Part shown: one piece after another, positions 57,024 through 64,000 of the stretch
Numbering within the stretch: position 1 is the stretch's first letter
Layout of the letters: every line of letters starts with the position of its first letter
Origin: Pseudomonadota bacterium
Lineage (GTDB): Bacteria > Bdellovibrionota_B > Oligoflexia > Oligoflexales > CAIMVM01
Assembly: GCA_037142195.1 (NCBI GenBank)
Contig: JBAXBA010000010.1
Coordinates: 2,580-66,579, forward strand
Length of the DNA stretch: 64,000 bases
Direction: 5' to 3'
The notes under the pieces: generated by a model
Databases searched by the model: none
What the model was told of the DNA's origin: nothing
Seen by the model: only the letters and a program-made list of their open reading frames with translations
Translations under genes and position numbers: made by a program

Positions 57024-57482
57024 TTAGACCATTTCCTTAAGAGCTTTAAGAGCTCTAATCTTTACAACATTACGTGCTGGCTTAGCTTTGAATACTGTCT
57101 CTTCGCCAGTAAAAGGATTGATTCCTTTGCGAGCTTTTGTTGCTGGCTTGTTGATACGAGTGATTTTTAGAAGTCCTGGAACATTGAATGCTCCTGGTCC
57201 TTTAGAACCGATATCAAAGCCGATTAGGTCTGTAAGGGCGTTAAACATAGCGCTAACGTCTTTACGAGTAAGGCCTGTGCCTTCAGCCAAAAGGTTCACA
57301 ATGTCACCTTTTGTACGTGGCTTTGTAGTCTTAGCGGCAATCGCAGAGATCTTTTTAGGCTCTGGACGATCCACTTTAACTGATGTTGCCCTTGAAGCTG
57401 TAGCTTTAGCTGGCTTCTTAGCAGTTTTTGTTTTTGCTGGCTTAGCAGCAGACTTGTTCGCTTTCTTCGTTTTCTTAGCCAT
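57024..57482 (-). CDS. HU/IHF-family DNA-binding protein with a Lys/Ala/Thr-rich N-terminal tail
   Basis: The C-terminal ~95 aa form an HU fold (KGDIVNLLAEGTGLTRKDVSAMFNAL...GINPFTGEETVFKAKPARNVVKIRALKALK). The N-terminal ~55 aa (AKKTKKANKSAAKPAKTKTAKKPAKA...) are histone-H1-like. AAGGGAGG lies 5 nt upstream of the ATG. Confidence 0.9.
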   Translation of the reverse strand: MAKKTKKANKSAAKPAKTKTAKKPAKATASRATSVKVDRPEPKKISAIAAKTTKPRTKGDIVNLLAEGTGLTRKDVSAMFNALTDLIGFDIGSKGPGAFNVPGLLKITRINKPATKARKGINPFTGEETVFKAKPARNVVKIRALKALKEMV

Positions 57483-57596
57483 TGAGGCCTCCCTTTTGAG
57501 AGATAAAAATTTTTCTATAGGAAAACTCTAGAAATTCGAAACATAAAAATCAAGTCTTTCATGCATTTTTTTTTAAAAAAGTGCATTTTTTTTAAA

Positions 57597-59207
57597 TTAG
57601 GGTTTTGAAGCGGTCTTGGAAGTAGACCATTTTGAAGGAAATTCGATCATATATCGAATAAGACGAGCTCGCAGCTGGGTCTCAAAAATCACCGGAGTCA
57701 TTTGTTTTTGAATCGCTTGGAAGAGCTCCCTGTCTTCCGCTCTAAGGCTTGCCAAATAAGCTTCACAGAGTTTTTTGTAACTCTGTTGGTCATGCTTTTT
57801 CATGTGCTCTAACTCGTCACTTGCAGCGGCTCTAGCAACCTGATCGCGAGGGGGCATTGCTATTTTTTGTCGTTCCCCAGGTAAAGATGGGGGCAATGTG
57901 CTCTTCGATGTTGCCATTATTTCCAATTTACTTGTAGACAATCGCTCAAAAATTTGGGTGTCTTGCAGAGACACCTCAGATGCGAGGCTTAAATGAAGCG
58001 ACTCTAAGTCCTTTAAAAAATCAAAGGAGTGCCATTTGGACTTAAAGAGATTCCATGCCTCGGAAACAGAGGTTCTCAAATTCTCGAGGGATTCATGAGC
58101 TGGAATAGGTATTTTGGAATCGAGCCTGAGCACCCATTCCGAAAAAAGATCAAACGCGACATAAATCCGCCCCTTAAACTGAAGAGAGAGATTTCTGTCT
58201 TCTGGAGAAAGGGATTCATAGAATTGGGTCCAGGCTTCTAGATTGTCAGGCGAGAACAATTTAATAAGTTCTAAGCCCACCCTGCGTTTAGCGTAAAAAG
58301 TACCTACCGCTTTCCCATAGGATTCGAGATCCTGGGTCGCCTTTAAGCCATCGCTAGAACGAAATACTAAAGTGGGACCGGGGTCTTTAGAAAATGCCAA
58401 GTAGCTTTGCGAAACAGAGCCTGTAAATATTCCATGGTCTTCCAACTTCTTACCAAGCGTCTGCAGAAGCTTGCGCTCGCGCTCAAAAACCGATGTCGGA
58501 GCGTTTCTTTTTGCCCAAGCAAGGCCGCTAAATGCACGATCCCAACTGAGCCCAGCTGTCCCATCCAACTGAAGCCAAGACTGCTGAAGTTGCATTGCCT
58601 GCTCGATACGCAGAACCACAAGCCTGCTATTGAAGTCCAAATCCAGCCAAAGACTCTTCCAAATGCACAGGGGATTTTGCCCTTCAAAAAAATTACCGAT
58701 AACCTCCCCTTGGGTAGCTCCCGCTAACAAATCTCGATGCGCATGGGCATAACCTAAAATAAACTCTTCTCCAAGTTCACTGAGATCAATCTCAAAACGA
58801 TATTCAGCTTCGTTTCGTAGGATCCGCATGCCAGAGCTCATCTCCCAAGATTTAAGACCTGAAGCATCAAATAATTTTAAACAAGGAATTTGTGACAGAG
58901 CCCGCTCAGCCAGCATAATCTTGGAATGACGGGTAAAGGGATTATCACCACTGATCTCAGACTCATGAAAGACCACTGTCGGAGTCCCATGAGATAATAG
59001 CTGTTCTTGAATCTTAGATAGGAAAAGTCCTACCATCGATAGCTCATCACTATCCAAAAGGGGCAATACCCTTGACCTAGACACCTGATCAAAAAGCCTA
59101 CTGGATCCTCCAGAAGATTTGGCAAGACCTTGAAAGGCACGCACCCACCACCAAGGCAGTAGAAGCCTATTCTGTTTAAATGACAATGGTGATGCAGCCA
59201 TATTCAC
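57597..59207 (-). CDS. Hypothetical protein (536 aa), no recognisable domain
   Basis: A long clean ORF that starts 2 nt (GTG 59207) or 8 nt (ATG 59201) after the stop of the 66-aa ORF. It looks soluble and mixed alpha/beta, with a basic helical C-terminus. Confidence 0.6.
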   Translation of the reverse strand: MNMAASPLSFKQNRLLLPWWWVRAFQGLAKSSGGSSRLFDQVSRSRVLPLLDSDELSMVGLFLSKIQEQLLSHGTPTVVFHESEISGDNPFTRHSKIMLAERALSQIPCLKLFDASGLKSWEMSSGMRILRNEAEYRFEIDLSELGEEFILGYAHAHRDLLAGATQGEVIGNFFEGQNPLCIWKSLWLDLDFNSRLVVLRIEQAMQLQQSWLQLDGTAGLSWDRAFSGLAWAKRNAPTSVFERERKLLQTLGKKLEDHGIFTGSVSQSYLAFSKDPGPTLVFRSSDGLKATQDLESYGKAVGTFYAKRRVGLELIKLFSPDNLEAWTQFYESLSPEDRNLSLQFKGRIYVAFDLFSEWVLRLDSKIPIPAHESLENLRTSVSEAWNLFKSKWHSFDFLKDLESLHLSLASEVSLQDTQIFERLSTSKLEIMATSKSTLPPSLPGERQKIAMPPRDQVARAAASDELEHMKKHDQQSYKKLCEAYLASLRAEDRELFQAIQKQMTPVIFETQLRARLIRYMIEFPSKWSTSKTASKP

Positions 59208-59209
59208 TT

Positions 59210-59410
59210 TTACTTAGGGCCCTTTTCTTTTTGCTTATTATATTTTCGGTTTGTTTCCTGAAATAGCGACTGACCCATTTCATCTCGCAAAATGCGAATC
59301 TTCCCTAGAACTTTATCAAGCAACATAGGTTGTGAAAGAATAATTTCTTTCATAACTTCAACTTCATCGAAGGTTCCGAATTTACTGCGCTGAGCTGTTT
59401 TTTTTGACAT
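59210..59410 (-). CDS. Small hypothetical protein (66 aa)
   Basis: ATG at 59410 is preceded by AAGGGGGG with a 7-nt spacer. The protein has a basic N-terminus and a Lys-rich C-terminus. It is translationally coupled to the 536-aa ORF. Confidence 0.5.
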   Translation of the reverse strand: MSKKTAQRSKFGTFDEVEVMKEIILSQPMLLDKVLGKIRILRDEMGQSLFQETNRKYNKQKEKGPK

Positions 59411-59429
59411 ATATATTCCCCCCTTAGAC

Positions 59430-59457
59430 TTATCGGCCCTTCGGGGGAAAAACTAAT
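59430..59457 (-). promoter_or_regulatory. Candidate sigma-28 (FliA) promoter
   Basis: The minus strand reads ATTAGTTT-N12-GCCGATAA. The -10 box is an exact 8/8 match to the enterobacterial consensus GCCGATAA. The -35 box matches TAAAGTTT at 5/8 and the spacer is 1 nt longer. The -10 box ends 19 nt upstream of the 66-aa ORF ATG. Confidence 0.35.
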
Positions 59458-59514
59458 CCGCTGATTCTAAAAAAAGGGAAAATAGTCGAAAAAATCTAAT
59501 AAAAACAGCAGCTT

Positions 59515-60231
59515 TCAAAGCAAAGAAAGGCTTGAACCTAGAAAGATTGACTTGGATCTGTAGCTAAATTCAGAATCCAACTGTGAATCAATCCCGCTGG
59601 AAATGGAGCTGGGCCGCCGAAATCTTGATGTCTTTGTAGAAAAGCCCATACCCATAGCCCACTGCGAAGAATAAAAATACTCGTACTGAACCTGTAAATT
59701 TATAAACGTCATCGTAAATGCACTCTCAAAGCGCTTTCCATCGCTCAAAAAAGACGCGCCATCATAACTTTCAAGGCCGTACTCGGCTGATGCTCTAAGG
59801 CGATTCCATGCATCTAAATTCCACACCCCGCCCCCTTTAACTCCTGGAAGCCTGCTCATGCGAGGAATATCAATCCTATCCAAATCAGATTGTGTTGTAG
59901 TCACAAACTGACCAAAACTCGAGCCAAGCTCAAATCCAATTTTTTTAAAGGTCTGAATTTGATAACTATATTCCACAATCAACCCACTTCTAGCATCTCT
60001 TGAGTTAAAGGAGCCGCCTGAAGCCGGCCGCCTAAACTCCCAGTTGCCTTGCTCCGATTGCAAAAGAAGCGAGAAATTATGTCCACTGCGAAAACCGCGC
60101 TTTAAGCGAAACCAATCCATATCCACAGCCTCTTCAGCCCAGCCCTGCGTGGCCGCTAGGAAACTAGCAAATCCAAGAAAAACTAAGATGACAGCGTTGC
60201 GTTCAAAATGTACTTTAGGGCAGTTTTGCAT
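59515..60231 (-). CDS. Putative outer-membrane beta-barrel-like protein
   Basis: ATG at 60231 gives a signal peptide (…VILVFLGFASFLAATQGWA/EEA). Alternating hydrophobic strands such as GLIVEYSYQIQTF and FINLQVQYEYFY are present. The C-terminus is not the classic aromatic residue. Confidence 0.4.
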   Translation of the reverse strand: MQNCPKVHFERNAVILVFLGFASFLAATQGWAEEAVDMDWFRLKRGFRSGHNFSLLLQSEQGNWEFRRPASGGSFNSRDARSGLIVEYSYQIQTFKKIGFELGSSFGQFVTTTQSDLDRIDIPRMSRLPGVKGGGVWNLDAWNRLRASAEYGLESYDGASFLSDGKRFESAFTMTFINLQVQYEYFYSSQWAMGMGFSTKTSRFRRPSSISSGIDSQLDSEFSYRSKSIFLGSSLSLL

Positions 60232-60313
60232 AAGCCTGAGTCCCAAGAATTCAGACAAGAATAACACAATTTTTATTCGGAGCACGAAAAGATTGGAAAA
60301 TCAAACCACCGAA

Positions 60314-61576
60314 ATGGATTATATTCAAAGTTTTGGTCGTGATTGGTCGACTATTATAACCTTTGCCGGCCCTCCGCTTGTCATCATACTCATCTTTATT
60401 GTTATTTATTTGGCGCGCAGAATGCATGCCAAAAAACTAAGCGCACTCACTTTAGGCGACGGACCAGATTCTACTGAGCCGGCCTCTGAAGACCGTCAAG
60501 AAGAATGGGATCTTGAGCCCCAAGAAAAAGACTCAGACCGCTTGGTCGCTGAGAAACAGGAAGTAACACCAGAAGTAACAACAGATGTAACCACAGATGC
60601 AAAGCCAGAAACTTCAGCTACAGTCTCACAAGCACCTCTCAGCAGCAGATCGGAAACGCCTCCCACGACTTCCTGGATGGAACGACTACGATCAGGCTTA
60701 GCGAAGACGCGAGGTCAATTAACTTCCAGTATTCATGCCCTTTTTTCTGGTACCACGAAAATTGATGATGCCCTATTAGATCAAATTCATGAGGCGCTCT
60801 ATAAGTCTGATATGGGCGTTCAAACCGCCGATCTTATGGTTCAGCAACTTAGAGCTCAACTCGCAAGTGGAGAGCAAGTCACCTTTGAAAAAGTAGCGGA
60901 ACTACTCAAGCAACAGGTCGTTGAAGTCTTTAAAAATTCAGAAAGGCCTGTTCTGGTTCCACCTGAAGGCCCGCGTGTGATTTTAGTCATTGGGGTGAAT
61001 GGGGTGGGAAAGACAACCACTGTTGGAAAACTCGCTGCCTGGCACATCAAGGCCAATAAGTCCGTGCTCCTTTGTGCCGCGGATACCTTTCGGGCGGCAG
61101 CTATTGAGCAGCTATCTGTTTGGGCGCAACGGATTGGAGTCCAAGTCATAGCCCATAAACAAGGCGCTGATCCCGCTGCTGTGGCCTTCGACGGGGTAAA
61201 GGCTGCCAAAGCACGTAACATGGACGCCGTGATTATCGACACCGCTGGGCGCCTTCATAATAAAGTGGAATTAATGGCCGAGCTTGGCAAGGTAACGAAA
61301 GCGATCCATAAAGAAATTCCAGGCGCTCCCCATGAAACATGGATTGTAGTAGATGCCACAACGGGCCAAAACGCCGTCCAACAGGTTAAGGCCTTCAACG
61401 AAGTCACGCCGATTTCAGGGGTGATTGTAACCAAACTGGACGGCTCTGCTAAAGGTGGGATTGTAGTGGCCATCGCACATCAGTTTAAGCTTCCCATTCG
61501 GTTTGTAGGTGTAGGTGAGTCTTCAGAAGACCTTCGCCCCTTCAACGCTGAAGAGTTTGCTTCTTCACTCTTTTAA
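60314..61576 (+). CDS. ftsY: Signal recognition particle receptor FtsY
   Basis: Start at ATG 60314 (MDYIQSF...), followed by a TM segment and an acidic A-domain. The NG domain has VIGVNGVGKTTTVGKLA, IIDTAGRLH and VIVTKLDGSAKGG. The ORF-track start at 60044 overlaps the divergent gene. Confidence 0.93.
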   Translation: MDYIQSFGRDWSTIITFAGPPLVIILIFIVIYLARRMHAKKLSALTLGDGPDSTEPASEDRQEEWDLEPQEKDSDRLVAEKQEVTPEVTTDVTTDAKPETSATVSQAPLSSRSETPPTTSWMERLRSGLAKTRGQLTSSIHALFSGTTKIDDALLDQIHEALYKSDMGVQTADLMVQQLRAQLASGEQVTFEKVAELLKQQVVEVFKNSERPVLVPPEGPRVILVIGVNGVGKTTTVGKLAAWHIKANKSVLLCAADTFRAAAIEQLSVWAQRIGVQVIAHKQGADPAAVAFDGVKAAKARNMDAVIIDTAGRLHNKVELMAELGKVTKAIHKEIPGAPHETWIVVDATTGQNAVQQVKAFNEVTPISGVIVTKLDGSAKGGIVVAIAHQFKLPIRFVGVGESSEDLRPFNAEEFASSLF

Positions 61577-61852
61577 AGTTTCCATAACAACCCCAAACTC
61601 ATTTTCTTGACTTTGGGGTAAACCTTAAAAGTTTAGACCATCACTTGCATTTCACTAAACCTGCCCTTGAAATCTTTTTCAATCTTCAAACATAAACTCA
61701 AGATTTCAAAGCTTTTCTTGCATTGTAGCTGCGCGCCCCAATCAAAGATAAGACTTAAGTTTTGAAACCTTATGTCCAGTCAAAATTATCAAAAAATCTC
61801 AATTTGGGTTGACTTCAGATACGGTCTAGTCTAAACCATACTTTCTTTAGAT

Positions 61853-61929
61853 GGGGCTATAGCTCAGTTGGTTAGAGCGCTACGTTGACATCGTAGAGGT
61901 CTCCTGTTCGAGTCAGGATAGCCCCACCA
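61853..61929 (+). tRNA. tRNA-Val (anticodon GAC), CCA encoded
   Basis: It folds as a cloverleaf. The acceptor stem is GGGGCTA/TAGCCCC. The D arm is GCTC-AGTTGGTTA-GAGC. The anticodon arm is CTACG-TTGACAT-CGTAG. The T arm is TCCTG-TTCGAGT-CAGGA. The discriminator is A, followed by CCA. Confidence 0.95.
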
Positions 61930-62033
61930 TTCCACTTTAATAAGCAACTTTAAAAGAAAAGACGAGATCCGGCAAAAAAGTGCTATATTTTTTTTTTTGC
62001 ATTATAATTTTAGAAACAAAAGGGAGCTCAAAG

Positions 62034-62555
62034 ATGTATCAGATTTTAGCTTGGATTGCTTTTCTACTAGCTATTTCATGCAAGCCGGTCGCGCGCGAGT
62101 CGGAGGAGCTAAGGTCAGTTTCTTTTGGAAACCCAAAAGTTGTCAGATTAACATATGACATTGCTATGTTAGGTGGTTCAATCAGTGCTTCATATTGTGA
62201 ATTTAGTGAGAAAATGCTAGAGGGAAATGTTTCTCAAACTTGCGGTAAAATTAACGGATCCGTAAAGCTTATGAGTTGGCAAACTGCTAAGTCATGTGTA
62301 TTGAATGAACTAGCAAAAGACAATAAAAATATTAAAAAACAAGAGGCCAAAAAATATTTTGAAAAAAATGCTAACCAAAATGAAATTCTTAATATATTTA
62401 AGCAACCTGATGAACAATATTTACTGAAAAAACGAAATGGAAATGCTTGGGAATTACATCTAAGCAATGGGAGCGAAGCGACATCTAATATTTCAACTAT
62501 TGTACTAGGTCTCTTCGAATGCATTGAACAGAAAGCTGAGATTTCGCGCGATTGA
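62034..62555 (+). CDS. Small lipoprotein, unknown function
   Basis: ATG at 62034 is preceded by AAGGGAG with a 7-nt spacer. The product starts MYQILAWIAFLLAISC with a lipobox. The gene is AT-rich and Lys/Asn-rich. Confidence 0.55.
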   Translation: MYQILAWIAFLLAISCKPVARESEELRSVSFGNPKVVRLTYDIAMLGGSISASYCEFSEKMLEGNVSQTCGKINGSVKLMSWQTAKSCVLNELAKDNKNIKKQEAKKYFEKNANQNEILNIFKQPDEQYLLKKRNGNAWELHLSNGSEATSNISTIVLGLFECIEQKAEISRD

Positions 62556-62781
62556 CTTTCAGTCCATTTCAAGTAGTTTGAACCTTAAAAAAAATGTACT
62601 CGATTTGACCCTGCGAAGTGCTACCTTAATTCACCTGAATAAGCGGACCCAAACATATGTGTACCAATTTTTCAACTCACGCAAACAATACGGCATCGCC
62701 TTTTTGGTGCTGGACATAAATTTAGACATAGCAATTTTTATATCTTGAAATCGATTTCCTAGTAGAAAATGGATTTCAAGA

Positions 62782-64000
62782 TTAAACTATAATATAACGC
62801 GTGGATGGGCCTCGACCTTGCGATTCAATTTTGTTTGCCTCTATCAACGTTTTTAATATACGGCCAGCTGTTGCCCGTGAGATCTGGAGTTCTTGTGACA
62901 AATCTCGGATAGACAAAGCGCCACGGGATTTTATGATTTGAAGCGCACGGTCATGAGGAAGAACCGCAGTTTTCTCCGGGCTTGATTTCTTTCTTGAAAG
63001 AACGCATTTTACAAAACCAGAACCTTCGATTACGACAGGCGCAAGTAGATGAGCCTCGCGAAACAATCTAAAAACAATTGAAAATCCAGTGCCTAATTTT
63101 TCGATGTAACCGGCTTCACGAAAAACTTTGCAAATAAAAGCATTGCGTACATAAGTGATGCCGGCTTCGAGAAGGTCTAAAGTAAGAGGTCCAGGAAAAT
63201 TACCTGGACTAAAAACCTCAATGCGATCATCGAAAATTGCGATTTTCGTAGGAGCCTTAAGGCTATAGTCTCTATGAACAACGGCATTTAGAAAGATTTC
63301 GCGAAGCGCAATGAGTGGGATCTCATATTCTTCGGTTCGAACCACAGATCTTATTTGAAATGACTTTGAAAGGCACGAGGTAGTGAATTCAAATGCTTGT
63401 TCAAATTGTTCAAAAAGTGTCCCTGTGCAGTCTATGCTCCGTAAGGCCTCTCGACCGGAGATTCCCTTAAACTGCGAGCAAACTATGTGGCACTCAGGAA
63501 GTAAGACATTTGTTTCTTTGCCGAAAAGAAGAATTCCTGCAGTCGTCGCAAATTCACGCCCCTGTTCCTCGGTGATGATGTGGTATGACAATGCAATTTT
63601 CCGCAGATCCGGGGTACTTCCCTGCATCTTTCGATTCTGTAGAAATATCCTGAATTTTTGTTCATCAATATCTTTCCAGGACGCTCGAAAGACGGGGTAT
63701 TCGTCAGGGAACCTTCCACGTGATGCCCATTGTAGCATCTGAATCGTGTCAGCAGTTGCTCGAACCGAACTACGGCCCACACGTACGAATGTTCCTTCAT
63801 TTAATCCCGGGGTTGTCAAATGATAAGGCTTTGTAATCCCCTCGTGGACCTCGATTATTAAAACAACGTTGTCACCAAACCGCTGCGTCAAGACAAGTGG
63901 CATTAAAGGAGGAGTTATTTCCCGGTAAAACGTGTTGTTGATAAACTCGAGAAGTTGTTCGGCTTGGCTCTCATCAATTCCTTTTATGGTTCCGTCGTCG
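62782..64000 (-). CDS. Schlafen/AlbA_2 + HATPase_c_4 + wHTH putative transcriptional regulator (COG2865-type), 5' end beyond the window
   Basis: The frame stays open upstream of the ORF-track ATG 63903 (…DDGTIKGIDESQAEQLLEF…, the AlbA_2 core). LNAVVHRDYSL, DDRIEVFSPGNFPGPL and IEKLGTGFSIV match the ATPase-like domain. The C-terminal LSIRDLSQELQISRATAGRILKTL is a wHTH. Confidence 0.8.
   Translation of the reverse strand, partial: DDGTIKGIDESQAEQLLEFINNTFYREITPPLMPLVLTQRFGDNVVLIIEVHEGITKPYHLTTPGLNEGTFVRVGRSSVRATADTIQMLQWASRGRFPDEYPVFRASWKDIDEQKFRIFLQNRKMQGSTPDLRKIALSYHIITEEQGREFATTAGILLFGKETNVLLPECHIVCSQFKGISGREALRSIDCTGTLFEQFEQAFEFTTSCLSKSFQIRSVVRTEEYEIPLIALREIFLNAVVHRDYSLKAPTKIAIFDDRIEVFSPGNFPGPLTLDLLEAGITYVRNAFICKVFREAGYIEKLGTGFSIVFRLFREAHLLAPVVIEGSGFVKCVLSRKKSSPEKTAVLPHDRALQIIKSRGALSIRDLSQELQISRATAGRILKTLIEANKIESQGRGPSTRYIIV

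Noticed and set aside
60044-60313. A 90-aa N-terminal extension of the FtsY ORF
   Set aside because: It overlaps the divergent OMP-like gene. The ATG at 60314 gives the expected TM plus acidic A-domain start.
1-64000. Mobile elements, prophage, CRISPR-Cas, toxin-antitoxin or known defence systems
   Set aside because: I found no transposase, integrase, recombinase, cas or phage structural genes among the ORFs. I also recognised no terminal inverted repeats flanking any block.

Overview
This is a gene-dense chromosomal segment from a diderm (Gram-negative-type) flagellated bacterium with mid-range GC. I did not compute the GC value. The family mix, with FlgH/FlgI L- and P-rings, lipoboxes and a csrA-fliW pair, would fit a Bdellovibrio-like or Oligoflexia-type lineage, but that is a guess. 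Positions 1-16 kb on the minus strand hold envelope and translation housekeeping genes: asd, pssA, tsaB, rseP, cdsA, uppS, arsC-type phosphatase, AI-2E permease, dus, prmC, prfA, rpmE, rho and rimO. Positions 17-24.6 kb are one giant 2537-aa repeat lipoprotein gene. Positions 25-35.7 kb are a co-directional late-flagellar block: fliC, flgF, flgG, flgA, flgH, flgI, rod-binding flgJ, flgM, flgN-like, flgK, flgL, csrA and fliW. Positions 36-62 kb mix housekeeping genes (carD, rpsO-pnp, dut, orn, a PPTase, ftsY, an HU-family protein, tRNA-Val) with secreted or periplasmic enzymes (S41 and M14 peptidases, a DsbA-like protein, DUF1343), TPR proteins, a PilZ protein and several unknowns. The window ends in an AT-richer stretch after tRNA-Val that carries a Schlafen/AlbA_2-type regulator. 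I found no transposase, integrase, CRISPR array, reverse transcriptase or recognisable defence island, and I cannot point to a convincing multi-gene novel system. The best leads are five. First, an orphan promoter-to-terminator unit at 52.6-52.8 kb encodes a structured ~170-nt transcript with an SD, a mini-ORF and an anti-SD mimic. Second, an uncharacterised 66-aa plus 536-aa operon sits behind an exact sigma-28 -10 box. Third, Rho carries a ~195-aa low-complexity N-terminal extension with tandem QPRDN repeats. Fourth, csrA-fliW and a flagellin leader show CsrA-site-like GGA motifs. Fifth, the giant protein contains a 5 x 615-bp repeat array. The supplied ORF track over-extends many genes whose real starts are TTG or GTG.
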